DNA from: a virus
Taxonomy: Duplodnaviria > Caudoviricetes
IMG/VR virus record: IMGVR_UViG_3300028601_000026
Coordinates: 25,984-89,983 of that record
Direction: 5' to 3' (one strand)
DNA: 64,000 bases
The translations under genes were made by a program, and so were the position numbers. The notes under the pieces were generated by a model. That model ran no database searches. It was not told where the DNA came from and saw only the letters and a program-made list of their open reading frames with translations. Shown in pieces: positions 46,701 to 55,401 of this stretch (position 1 is the first letter of the stretch; every line of letters begins with the position of its first letter).

Positions 46701-49220
46701 TTCGGAAAACAGCTGCACGCCGAATTTTCTAAGTATGGAGCCTACGCCCACCTCAAACGTGTACCCTCCGATGTCTTTTCCTTTGCCAAGGAAGATCTGC
46801 AGATCCTGTTCGATTGGATGATGTGGGGAGACGGTCACAAGCATCGTAACTCTGGGCTCCCGGTTAGCTACACAACTGTCTCCAAAGGTCTGGCCGACGA
46901 CGTTCAAAAGCTGTGTCTGCATATCGGGATCGCGGCCAACGTCTCTCAGCTCAATACCGCTCGGGTTGACACCATTGTTGGAGTTCAACACAAATGCCGT
47001 CCTACCTGGCAGGTGCAGATTGTATCCACGAAGTTGGAGCCTCAGATCAACCACGGACATGTTAGGAAACAAAAAATACAGATTGAAAAGTGGGTGATGG
47101 ATTTCAGAGAACCAGTCTACTGTCTTACTGTCCCCAACCATGTTATGTATGTCCGTCGTAACGGGAAGGCGTACTGGTCTGGTAACTCCGGGACCTATGG
47201 CAACAAGGGTGTCTGCACCGCCATCATCCCGGACCACCAGATGGTACAGGATGAGAGCGGCAAACCCCTAGATGTAGTCTTCACCAGTGCCGGAGTTATC
47301 GGACGTATCAACCCGGCGCAGATCCTGGAATCGACTCTTGGAAAGGTTGCTGACAAGACGGGGCAGCCCTATCTGATTAAAAACTTTTCCAAGGATGATT
47401 ATGTCAAATTCGTCCGAGATGAGATGGTCAAACATAACGTATCGGACAAAGAAACCCTAACGGATCCTGTCACAGGCAAAAAGATCCCGGGAGTCTTTGT
47501 TGGAGTGCAACACATCCATAAGCTCTTCAAGACTACGGACTCCAACTATGCCGCACGGGGCATTGAAGGTCCTCACGATATGGACGAGGTACCTACAGGC
47601 TCGGGAAAGACGGGGCCCAAAGCACTCGGCAATATGGAAATCAATGCCCTTATTTCCCATAATGCCCGAAGCCTGCTGCGTGAAGGGTCTATGTTGCGCA
47701 GTTCCAAAAACAGCGACTTCTGGAGACAGTTTCAGGCAGGCGGGATAACCCACTTCCCTACAGAAAAAAAGAGCTTTGGCAAGTTCTCTGCCATCCTTAA
47801 TCAGGCAGGCATTAAACTGGAGAACACTGGAGACTCTTTGAAAATGGGGCCCTTGACCGACAAAGATGTTCTGGCTCTGAGCTCCGGAGAAATCCTGGAA
47901 GGAAAGCGCCTGGACAACAAATTGCGGCCAGAAGCCGGAGGCCTTTTTGATGAGGCTATCACCGGGGGCTTATCCGGAACCAAGTGGGGGCATATCAAGC
48001 TGACCGAGCCTGTGGTCAACCCGATCTTTATTGATTGTGCCAAAGCTCTGCTGCGCCTCTCCACAAAAGAGTTTGACGCTTTGATGTTGAGTCACGGAGG
48101 TGCTGAAATTAAGAAGCGCCTCGATGCGTTGAATATCGAAACCGAACTTCTTGCCGCAGAGAAGGCTCTGCAGAATCCAAAACTGAAGGGCAACAAACTG
48201 GATCAGGAAATCAAACGCCTTAAATTTTTGAGGGCTTTGAAAGATCGCGGACTGAAAGCGGGAGAAGCCTATGTACTGACTGTGGTACCCGTTACTCCTC
48301 CGGTACTGCGCCCCATCACCGTTGGCAAGACAGGCGACCTGATGGAAAATGACAGCAACAACCTGTACAAAGACCTGATTCTCCAGAACAATTCCTTTCA
48401 GAAAATCAAAGAAGCTGACCTTGGTGAAGAGGTCCTCCAGAAAAATCGTAAGGATCTGGTCGATAGAGTAAAAGAGCTGACCGGAGTCGTATCCCCTTCC
48501 AGCGCCCACCTGGCGGGGAGAAATGTTAAAGGAGCCCTCCAATACCTTGCAGGGGATCAGCCGAAGCATGGCTACTTCCAGCGCAAAGTCATCTACTCGA
48601 AGATGAACCTCTCTGGACGTGCCACCATTACTCCAGACAACACCCTCGGTATGGACGAAGTGGGGATGCCGGAGGACATGGCTTGGGAGATGTACAAACC
48701 GTTTATCATTCGAAGGCTGACCCAGCAGGGCTACGGTATGGTGCAAGCCAAAGAAGCCGTCACCGAGCGCAGTGATTCTGCCAGGCAATGTCTTCTGGAA
48801 GAGATGGGAAAAAGACCGGTATTGGTCAACAGGGCTCCGACACTCTGGAAATATTCCATCATGGCAGCGCGGCCTCGATTACGCGCAGGCAAATCTCTGG
48901 GTGTAAATTCCTTGTGGGAATCCGCCTGGAATGCTGACTACGATGGGGATGCTATCAACATCCACCTCCCCGTCCAGGATGAGGCCATCGAGGATGCTAA
49001 AAAAATGCTGCCCAGCCAGCTTGTGTTCAGTGAACGCAAGCGTGGCGACCTGCTCTATGCCCCCACACAAGAACCCATCGTTGGCCTGTACAAAGTCACC
49101 CAAAATCTGGGGCAGGCTCAGCTTGGAGCCAAGGCCAAGAAATTTCGGAACGTGGAGGAGGCTTGGAAGGCCTACTATGACGGATCGTTGAAGGCGACAG
49201 ATTTAGTGGAGATAGGCTGA
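43737..49220 (+). CDS. Multisubunit-type RNA polymerase, beta fused to N-terminal half of beta', intein-containing
   Basis: Beta: EDGIVIS, GDKL[intein]SGTYGNKG, SRxN-like GRINPAQILE, GNMEINALISH. Beta': PVTPPVLRP, LSGRATI, VNRAPTL, NADYDGD (48930-48950). Start taken at MPAPSL. Confidence 0.95.
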   Translation: MPAPSLRRIVDNPDNIRRAIFDSAIRALQGKFPIQAKHVTIQAKNFRVEHVPLSHNQQKTILMARGNASDPVYADLVITSNQTGKTLLEVPKHRIMSLPYYTNRYTFLVDGNEYNVVNQLRTKSGVYTRRRGNDTLESAFNLAKGANFKLLMDPETGVFKVDILHSTLPLIGVLRVLSTPETEIRQELGPDLYTANLISENQFNRTLNTLYEKLVRYKSPLGDRASKEEKMRAIRQYFEGTEINPETTKLTLGTAFSSVSSKTILQAAKKILRVYNEEDDLDERDNLEFQKVFSVEDFVREVLEKNTADLRKIKQRLDSFSPSGKQAEDRLSIKAALSPAYFSKPLKNFIVTSSISRLPGQINPMEMVSSSGIVTRLGEGAISSDRAVPDETRAVNYSYMGVIDPVETPESGKIGIDNRFTLTALKGTDNELYQEVVNCHTGQREKKRLIELRDKILGFPDENPEAAKKPSDIVPATQHGKLVKVPRRSLDYQIPSISHLGSVAVNSLPFVNANQANRIVMGSKHIQQALPLKYRDKRLVEADLGNGKSTYDEVGSFMLPKAPVDGKVIRIDDDFIYIRGVDGVTHQVDYEKNMPLATKTMLDNTLTVKVGDSVKKGEPLADSNFTKDKKLALGKNLRVTYLPYFGMNHEDGIVISEGAAKKLTSVHSEKVVIGREGSRSFDKRKFANYFPTKFTQEQLTKLDEEGIVKKGQLLQKGDPIALVLEDNSESRSNQILGLLHKSLRDPYRDASEVYEENYPAEVLEVHKTGRVVTVLLKMEKPMTVGDKLCYDQYTEVLTDRGWVRISEVTWEDRICTLNPSGEIEYQGFTETHRYPQGGRMYSLVSQQLDMLVTDKHRNYVKLRGAEDFSLVSADEMFGNRVRFKKSGNWVGSSPEVITLPSLEVKAGQSGNGSRWMPEVQIPVKTYMMLLGAYLSEGNLVFHEDSGSFGIDICCYAEHKRDALLPALDEAGLKYTRTLDKGQVRSIRIFGKQLHAEFSKYGAYAHLKRVPSDVFSFAKEDLQILFDWMMWGDGHKHRNSGLPVSYTTVSKGLADDVQKLCLHIGIAANVSQLNTARVDTIVGVQHKCRPTWQVQIVSTKLEPQINHGHVRKQKIQIEKWVMDFREPVYCLTVPNHVMYVRRNGKAYWSGNSGTYGNKGVCTAIIPDHQMVQDESGKPLDVVFTSAGVIGRINPAQILESTLGKVADKTGQPYLIKNFSKDDYVKFVRDEMVKHNVSDKETLTDPVTGKKIPGVFVGVQHIHKLFKTTDSNYAARGIEGPHDMDEVPTGSGKTGPKALGNMEINALISHNARSLLREGSMLRSSKNSDFWRQFQAGGITHFPTEKKSFGKFSAILNQAGIKLENTGDSLKMGPLTDKDVLALSSGEILEGKRLDNKLRPEAGGLFDEAITGGLSGTKWGHIKLTEPVVNPIFIDCAKALLRLSTKEFDALMLSHGGAEIKKRLDALNIETELLAAEKALQNPKLKGNKLDQEIKRLKFLRALKDRGLKAGEAYVLTVVPVTPPVLRPITVGKTGDLMENDSNNLYKDLILQNNSFQKIKEADLGEEVLQKNRKDLVDRVKELTGVVSPSSAHLAGRNVKGALQYLAGDQPKHGYFQRKVIYSKMNLSGRATITPDNTLGMDEVGMPEDMAWEMYKPFIIRRLTQQGYGMVQAKEAVTERSDSARQCLLEEMGKRPVLVNRAPTLWKYSIMAARPRLRAGKSLGVNSLWESAWNADYDGDAINIHLPVQDEAIEDAKKMLPSQLVFSERKRGDLLYAPTQEPIVGLYKVTQNLGQAQLGAKAKKFRNVEEAWKAYYDGSLKATDLVEIG
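46101..47186 (+). mobile_element. Intein with LAGLIDADG endonuclease (362 aa) in RNAP beta GDK...GNKG motif
   Basis: Starts CYDQYTEVLTDRGW, ends RRNGKAYWSGN/S; LAGLIDADG-like LGAYLSEGN and WMMWGDG. Confidence 0.92.
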
Positions 49221-49221
49221 T

Positions 49222-50973
49222 ATGATCACCAAGATCGGTAAACAAATATACGACCCTCCTTACCCTCTCAGTAAGATACCTGGGCATCTTCACTGTGATC
49301 CAATCCACCGGTGGAGAGCCGAGACAGGGATTGAGCTCATCCATGAGGAGCCTACCTATGGTGAGTTTGAACGTATATTAAAAAATTGGAGGTTGATGTC
49401 GCCAGAACAAAAGAAGGAGAGCGACAGAAAATCTAAGGAAATGTTTGGTGTAGGGAACCTGGAGCATGCCCGTCTTTTGAGAGGACGGATGTCCCTCAAG
49501 AAACTTGGTTCACAGCTGCCTAGTATAGTTAACCTGCAGCCACACCAGCGTCGGGTCATTGAGCGGCTTCGTAACAGCACGGACGGTCTGATCGCCTACC
49601 ATTCGATGGGTTCTGGAAAGACTCTTACCTCACTGGCGGCGGCGGAAGACTCCTTGAGCAAGGACCCGGACAGCCGGGCGCTGTTTGTCGTCCCGGCCTC
49701 TCTGGTTGACAACGTCTATAAGGAGATCGACAAACATAAGCTGTCGGTGCCCAAAGACCGCCTCGACGTTCTCAGCTATGAGAAGGCAGTGCGCAGCGTA
49801 GATGACCTCCTGGCCAACCGATACAGCCTGGCCGTCATGGATGAGGCGCACAAGCTGCGGAACAAAGGAACCAAGAGGTACTCCGCTTTGTCGGAATTGG
49901 TGCGAGGAGCGGACAAACGGCTATTCCTTACGGGAACAGCCTCCTACAACAAGGCCTCGGACATCGCCCCACTGATCAACCTCGCCGCCAAGGACAAAGT
50001 TATTCCGGATGATCCGTCCGAGTTCGATAAAAAGTTCATCAAGACCAGGAAAATCCAGCCGAGTTGGTATGCCAGGACTTTTCATAACGCCAAACCTTCT
50101 GAGGTTGAAGAGGTCATTGAACACCCGGAGCTGATCGATTCTTTCGGGAAGTATGTTGACTTCCATGACGCCAGTGAATCGTCTCGGCAGCATTTCCCGA
50201 CGGAGAACGAAAAAGTCTTCCAAGCGCAGATGGACAAAGACCAGGTCCGGCACTACGGCTACCTGACCCAGAATATACCGGTCCACATCCGCTACAAAAT
50301 CAGGAAAGGGCTCCCCCTTAGCAAGCAGGAGTCCAAGGACCTCAACGCCTTTGCTTCCGGGGTACGTCAAGTCAGTGATTCGATCAATCCCTACTTGACT
50401 TCCCAGGAAAAAGTCTTTTCCCCAAAAATCGATCTGGCGGTGCGAAACCTTGAGGATAGTTTGAAGGCTAACCCAGATTTTCGTGGAGTTGTCTATTCTA
50501 ATTTCTTGGATGCTGGCCTTACCCCCTACGCCAGGAAATTGGAGCAGAAAGGCATCGCCCATCGAATGTTTACAGGTAGCCTCTCTGCCAAAGATAAAAA
50601 GCAGATTGTCGAGGAGTTCAATCAGGGAGGGGCCTCTGCTCCGAAGGTATTACTACTCAGCAGCAGCGGTGGTGAGGGGCTGGACCTGAAGGGGGTGCGC
50701 AAGGTACAGATACTTGAGCCCCATTTCAACAAGGCTAAACTGGATCAAGTACGGGCTCGAGCGGCCCGCTATCAGAGCCACTCCCACCTGCCCGAAGATC
50801 AGCGCAATGTTGATGTCGAATACTACCAGAGTGTGTTCCCTGATACCTACAAGCAGAAGTGGTTCAATATGAAGAAGGATCAAGCTATCGACCAGTATCT
50901 GCACCAGAATTCGGATCAGAAACAGAAGGTCATCGATACCTTGAAAAATCTGGCTAAAAAGAACAGAAAATAA
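49222..50973 (+). CDS. SF2 helicase resembling the NPH-I/early transcription factor-type group, with N-terminal extension
   Basis: YHSMGSGKT, MDEAH, LTGT, SGGEGLDLKGVRKVQILEPHFN...QVRARAARYQSH. Confidence 0.85.
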   Translation: MITKIGKQIYDPPYPLSKIPGHLHCDPIHRWRAETGIELIHEEPTYGEFERILKNWRLMSPEQKKESDRKSKEMFGVGNLEHARLLRGRMSLKKLGSQLPSIVNLQPHQRRVIERLRNSTDGLIAYHSMGSGKTLTSLAAAEDSLSKDPDSRALFVVPASLVDNVYKEIDKHKLSVPKDRLDVLSYEKAVRSVDDLLANRYSLAVMDEAHKLRNKGTKRYSALSELVRGADKRLFLTGTASYNKASDIAPLINLAAKDKVIPDDPSEFDKKFIKTRKIQPSWYARTFHNAKPSEVEEVIEHPELIDSFGKYVDFHDASESSRQHFPTENEKVFQAQMDKDQVRHYGYLTQNIPVHIRYKIRKGLPLSKQESKDLNAFASGVRQVSDSINPYLTSQEKVFSPKIDLAVRNLEDSLKANPDFRGVVYSNFLDAGLTPYARKLEQKGIAHRMFTGSLSAKDKKQIVEEFNQGGASAPKVLLLSSSGGEGLDLKGVRKVQILEPHFNKAKLDQVRARAARYQSHSHLPEDQRNVDVEYYQSVFPDTYKQKWFNMKKDQAIDQYLHQNSDQKQKVIDTLKNLAKKNRK

Positions 50974-50989
50974 AAGGTCCCGGAAAGTA

Positions 50990-51017
50990 CAAGGGGGTTT
51001 ACGATGCTCTTGCTAAA
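50990..51017. repeat. 28-bp exact direct repeat, copy 2
   Basis: Identical to 18364..18391. Confidence 0.95.
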
Positions 51018-51050
51018 AAAAAGTGCGCGGGGGTTAGCCGCGCACTTTTT
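51015..51050. terminator. Bidirectional intrinsic terminator
   Basis: aaaaaaaagtgcgcgg-N7-ccgcgcacttttt. Confidence 0.9.
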
Positions 51051-51217
51051 CCAGGCTGTCTCTGCGCCTGGCCCAGCCGGTTCTTAAGTTTTCCTTAAGA
51101 AAATATCTCAGCCCCTACAAGGCCTTGCGGGCTGAAAATGCACAAGCGAGTGCATTCTTTATCTTGTGCCAAGATCTGCTGTGCAGCCATAGGGAGTCTG
51201 GTTGATCCCAAAGAAAT

Positions 51218-52321
51218 TCATGGTTTGGATCTCCTCTGCATGGCCTTAATTCGATAATACTTTTCTCCGGCGACCTTCTCCCGAGACACCGCCCCGATAA
51301 GCGCTGGGCTGACCCAAGTACGTTTCCCGGAGGAAAGCCTACGAATGTGGCCTCTGCGCCAATGGGTTTCCGGGGATTTTCGAGCAGGATAGTCGCCCTC
51401 GGCATAGGAGGGACTGGCCGCAGTCTTTGTCTGACCCGGGTTGATAATAATTTCCATAGGAGGCTTTACTGGAGATTTTCCAGCCTTGCTCCGCTTTTTA
51501 TTAAGTCCGGACAGCCCTTTGAGATTGAACCCTTTTGCCGGAGCCAAAGAAACATTGTGTGCCGACAGAAGGACCAGGGTTCGGATAGTCACTAAAACCT
51601 CTGCCTCCAGATCCGAAAGCAGCCCAAGAAAAGCATCTGTTGGGTTGGTTATCTTCTTCTGCATACGGATGTATACATCCAAAGTAGCGTCTCCCGCAGG
51701 GAGGGCATACAGCTGAGTGTCTTCCCGGACCCAGGGAAAAAGGCTATAACGAGCCCTCTCCCCGACCTGCCTGTCATGAGACAGCTTAGCCACGTCCTCC
51801 AGAAAGACTTCCGGATCTTCCAGGTACCCGATCAGCGCCGTCCCCAGAATGGGCACCCAGGATTTGAGATCATCCAGGTAGCACAGAGGAATGATGCCAA
51901 GAAAACCCTCTGTCTGATGAGGGGCTACGGCTTCCCGGAGACTGATGTTCAGAGAGGCCATATATTGATTTATGAAGAAGTCCTTGTAGGTGTCTTCCGA
52001 TCTAATCTCAAAAGCCAAAGCAATCCGCTTTGACGATCGGACCCGACCTTCCTTGCCATCGAATAAGGCCATAGGAAACTCAAATGCCGTGACTTTAAAA
52101 GGAAGCCTCCGTACATCCGTCGTAAAATTCTCCAAGGCAGAATCATCATCCAACACATCGCCATCTTCAGGGAGTTCTACACGTACAGCTTCTTCCAGGA
52201 GGGTCTGCACTGCCAAAAAGAAAGCCCGTGTCTTAGGATCCAGCCCTTTCAAAGGGAAGTGCTTCAGGCTGTCTATTGCCTGGGAAGTATAATTTAACAT
52301 TTCGATTCCTTTCTGAGCCAT
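51218..52321 (-). CDS. Phage hypothetical protein with C-terminal HWRRGH motif
   Basis: SPETHWRRGHIRRLSSGKRTWV, a motif recurrent in phage proteins of unknown function. Confidence 0.75.
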   Translation of the reverse strand: MAQKGIEMLNYTSQAIDSLKHFPLKGLDPKTRAFFLAVQTLLEEAVRVELPEDGDVLDDDSALENFTTDVRRLPFKVTAFEFPMALFDGKEGRVRSSKRIALAFEIRSEDTYKDFFINQYMASLNISLREAVAPHQTEGFLGIIPLCYLDDLKSWVPILGTALIGYLEDPEVFLEDVAKLSHDRQVGERARYSLFPWVREDTQLYALPAGDATLDVYIRMQKKITNPTDAFLGLLSDLEAEVLVTIRTLVLLSAHNVSLAPAKGFNLKGLSGLNKKRSKAGKSPVKPPMEIIINPGQTKTAASPSYAEGDYPARKSPETHWRRGHIRRLSSGKRTWVSPALIGAVSREKVAGEKYYRIKAMQRRSKP

Positions 52322-52344
52322 ACGTTATAGAATAATTAGTTAAA

Positions 52345-52385
52345 AAAGAAAAGCCCGGTCCTGGTAAGGATCCGGGCTTTTCTTT
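52345..52385 (-). terminator. Intrinsic terminator
   Basis: aaagaaaagcccgg...ccgggcttttcttt. Confidence 0.8.
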
Positions 52386-53064
52386 AGGGGTTGTCCGGGC
52401 AGCTTGACCCAGAATTCAATTTTGGAATTCTTGGCCACGCCATCTCGCCCGAGGTCAAAACAGCCTGTAGCTTTTCCGCTTGAGCAGCTCTGACAGCGGC
52501 TCTGGCAACGTCACCGGCAACGTCACTGGCAGCGGCTTTGGCAGCGGCTCTGACAACGGCCCAGGCAACGTCACCGGCAACGTCACTGGCAGAGGCGCTG
52601 GCAGCGGCACTGGCAGCGGCACTGGCAGCTTCCCAGGCAGCGGCACTGGCAGCTTCCCAGGCAGCGGCACTGGCAGCGTCACTGGCAGCGGCACTGGCAG
52701 CGTCACTGGCAGCGGCCCAGGCAGCGGCACTGGCAGCGTCACAGGCAGCGGATAACTCATCATCCGTGGCTTTGCCCTCTGTATGGGCCCAGGCCACCGC
52801 CAGAGCGTTTTTGCTCCTGTTATCGTCCATAAGATGCTCAACCTGCCAAGCGCACCAGACGGCGTATTTCCGCCAAAGATTGTTATGCTCGGGCACAGTA
52901 TGTAGCGCCCAAAGGCAGTCATCGAGGCCATTGCTTTCGAGGATCGTCAGCAATAGTAGCGGTTCGTCGTCGGCCTTGGTTTTGCCGAGAGCGTCCAGCA
53001 ACTTCTTCCATCCGTCAGTGCATGGTTGATGCTCGCGGATTTTGCTTAACGTTGTAGATATCAT
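52384..53064 (-). CDS. Phage protein with Imm5-like domain and Ala-rich AAxAA repeats
   Basis: [10 protein letters not shown]...[14 protein letters not shown]...[18 protein letters not shown] followed by (A/S/W)(D/E/A)AA pentapeptide repeats. Confidence 0.75.
   Translation of the reverse strand: MISTTLSKIREHQPCTDGWKKLLDALGKTKADDEPLLLLTILESNGLDDCLWALHTVPEHNNLWRKYAVWCAWQVEHLMDDNRSKNALAVAWAHTEGKATDDELSAACDAASAAAWAAASDAASAAASDAASAAAWEAASAAAWEAASAAASAAASASASDVAGDVAWAVVRAAAKAAASDVAGDVARAAVRAAQAEKLQAVLTSGEMAWPRIPKLNSGSSCPDNP
52490..52745 (-). repeat. Degenerate 12/15-bp coding tandem repeats (Ala-rich)
   Basis: Repeated ggcagcggcact / ggcagcgtcact units on the plus strand. Confidence 0.85.
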
Positions 53065-53419
53065 AGGGCCTCCTTGCCCTTCCAGGGCATTTGGCGGGGT
53101 GACGGTTCCCCTGAAAAAAATTGAAACCCTCCGGATACGTCACCTCCAGAGGGTTGATTGCTTCAACTAGATACCGAATATGTCAGGCCAGAACTCCATG
53201 GCATTCCTCCCTCTTACGAGAGGAGGCCACCAATGCCTGTGCCTGTTTTCGGGCCTCACTTTCTGCCGGGAACCGAGTGACAGCTCCTAAAATGGTTACT
53301 TGCCCGTTTTCTACATAGAACAGACGTACTTTTTGCATAGCTTCCTCCCGAAAGAATCCCTACCTAGCTTCTGTTCCCTGGCCCATCCAGAGAATGAGAA
53401 GCTAGATTCCTTCACCATA

Positions 53420-53450
53420 TTCTTATAACAATTTCAGGTACTTGTTTTTG
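53420..53450 (-). promoter_or_regulatory. Promoter-like motif CAnAAA-N13-TTGTTATAAGAA, copy 3
   Basis: Same 12-mer and upstream CAAAAA as copies 1 and 2. Confidence 0.7.
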
Positions 53451-53495
53451 AATAAGGACGAGAAGGTAGGGACTACCGAGGAAGCAGGCTGCCCG

Positions 53496-54446
53496 TTATT
53501 CGGGCAGGGGCACTATTTTTCCTGCAGGGTCAAGACCGCGAAAATTAAATGCATTTAGCACGGGTGCCCACAGCTTACGTGGTTTGCCATAAGCGCTTTC
53601 TTTTTCCAGGAAGTGGTAAAGGTCCGGGCTTTTTTCTAGCAGGGCTGCTTTAGCTTTGGGGGTCTTTTCTCGCCAAGTCGTCAGCAACGTCTGAAAAGCC
53701 TCACACCGGCGGTGTGTAGCCCTGCCATGCACCCTGTCTACCAAGACGCAGCCTAGCAAGAGAGCAGAGGCAAGTTCAGAAAAAGAACACCGCGCTAATA
53801 CATAGATGGGTATTCTCAGCTCACGGAAATATGTGCAAGCCACAGGTTTAAGGTCCTTCATCAATAAAGAGCTATTCCCCCTGTGATATAGACGAGCCCT
53901 CTCTCTACTGCATAGTCTACGTTCTTCCCGCTGCCTGTACGCTGCGAGCTCCTTCTCTGTAGCCAGATAGTATTCAAGAGAGGAGTGGGGGCTTTGCAGC
54001 ATCCCATGATCCAGCATAGTAGAAGCCAGGTCTGAACTATTCTGGCAAAAGTAGCCATACTGGCAGTCACTGAACACGGTACTGTAATTGCTTGGGAACT
54101 GCTTGGCGGCTGCAGAGAAAACCTCCGAAAGTTCCTGAGCAGAATGAAACCTGCTCCTCCTTAGAGGCTCCCCCTCCTCTCCCTTCCAAAAAGATTTGTC
54201 TTTAACGATCCTCCCCCGTAACCCTCCTCCTCTAAGGGACTCCTTTTCTACTGCAACGTGAGTGAATCCCGGTACCGGGTGGGGAGCCAGCCTTTCCAGG
54301 GCTTCTCGTAATTCTTCTACGGTTGTAGCATAGAGAAAATTTTCTGCATCCGTAAGCTCCTCTAAACTGATCGGATTCCTACACCATTGCGCCCCCTCTG
54401 TAGAGGTTGCTTCCTGTAAAATATAAAAATCTTTTAATCTTTCCAT
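53496..54446 (-). CDS. Hypothetical protein, paralog of 54450..55337
   Basis: Shared PHPxPxFxHV, VHGxxTxR and PRKL motifs. Confidence 0.75.
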   Translation of the reverse strand: MERLKDFYILQEATSTEGAQWCRNPISLEELTDAENFLYATTVEELREALERLAPHPVPGFTHVAVEKESLRGGGLRGRIVKDKSFWKGEEGEPLRRSRFHSAQELSEVFSAAAKQFPSNYSTVFSDCQYGYFCQNSSDLASTMLDHGMLQSPHSSLEYYLATEKELAAYRQREERRLCSRERARLYHRGNSSLLMKDLKPVACTYFRELRIPIYVLARCSFSELASALLLGCVLVDRVHGRATHRRCEAFQTLLTTWREKTPKAKAALLEKSPDLYHFLEKESAYGKPRKLWAPVLNAFNFRGLDPAGKIVPLPE

Positions 54447-54449
54447 AAA

Positions 54450-55337
54450 TCACTCCCCCCTCTGCACCTCTTGGATAAGCTTCCGAGGAGCCTTGATAGC
54501 TGCTTCCTCCTGCAAAAAAGCATAAAACTTCGGATACAACTGTTTTGTTTTTTCCTTGGAAGTGTCATTTCGCTCACGCCAATCCTGCAAAAACTTCTGA
54601 AAAACGGCGTGCTTTCGATAGGTATACTTTCCGTGTACTTTGCTGAACAGGGAAAGCACTCCAAGGAGGGTGTCTACTCGGAGGGCGTAGTCATACTCAA
54701 AGCATATCCCGGGCAGCCCCAAGCAGGTGACCAGGTACTGCAGGCATTCCAATACTCGGGATCTCGGAAAAACGGCATCCAAACGAGCCTGCTCCCTTTG
54801 CTTCTCCTTTTCCTTAGCTTTCTTCTGCTTCCGTTTAATCGCCGCAAGCTGTCTCTGTGTAGCCAGAGAAAGGGTTTTGTCTTTCTTGCTAAACACCACC
54901 CCCTGAGCTGCCAGTTGCTCAGAGAACAGAGAAATACTGCTATAGCCACAGAAACAATGGCCGCTATGGAATAGATGAGTAGTTTCCCCTGTTAAAGCGT
55001 ACTTACTGGGATATGTCTGCAGAGCTTTGACTACCTCATCTATAAACTCCTGGGTAGTAAGCAGTGGAGCATCCCTCGGAAATTCGGGGAAGGATGTCCC
55101 TGGATCAAGACGCACAATATACCTTCCCTGATATCTTTTTTGAAATGTCACATGGGAAAAATTAGGTATGGGGTGGGGACATTTCTTTGAAAACGCCGCG
55201 TGTAAAGACGGAAGATCTTCTGCATATACATATTCAGAAGCGTGAATAAGATCTTCTGCTGAGTCTACGGGCTCCCAGCATTCAATGCCTCTTGCATCGG
55301 AGCACACTTTTACATAAAAAAACCCTAAATCCTGCAT
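54450..55337 (-). CDS. Hypothetical protein, paralog of 53496..54446
   Basis: Start taken at MQDLGFFY; aligns end to end with its neighbour. Confidence 0.75.
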   Translation of the reverse strand: MQDLGFFYVKVCSDARGIECWEPVDSAEDLIHASEYVYAEDLPSLHAAFSKKCPHPIPNFSHVTFQKRYQGRYIVRLDPGTSFPEFPRDAPLLTTQEFIDEVVKALQTYPSKYALTGETTHLFHSGHCFCGYSSISLFSEQLAAQGVVFSKKDKTLSLATQRQLAAIKRKQKKAKEKEKQREQARLDAVFPRSRVLECLQYLVTCLGLPGICFEYDYALRVDTLLGVLSLFSKVHGKYTYRKHAVFQKFLQDWRERNDTSKEKTKQLYPKFYAFLQEEAAIKAPRKLIQEVQRGE

Positions 55338-55401
55338 AGCTGTCGCCCCTTTAGCAAAGCCCGGTGTCACCACCGGGCTTTTATGAGAAAAAGGTTTGTA
55401 C

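Noticed and set aside
52455-53029. Overlapping repeat ORFs (GSGNVTG..., PLPVTLP..., AAALAAS...)
   Set aside because: Shadow frames of the Ala-rich repeat in 52384..53064.
53183-53338. 51-aa minus-strand ORF MQKVRLFYVENGQ... downstream of promoter copy 3
   Set aside because: Has a plausible ggagg RBS but no other support; left out of the feature list.
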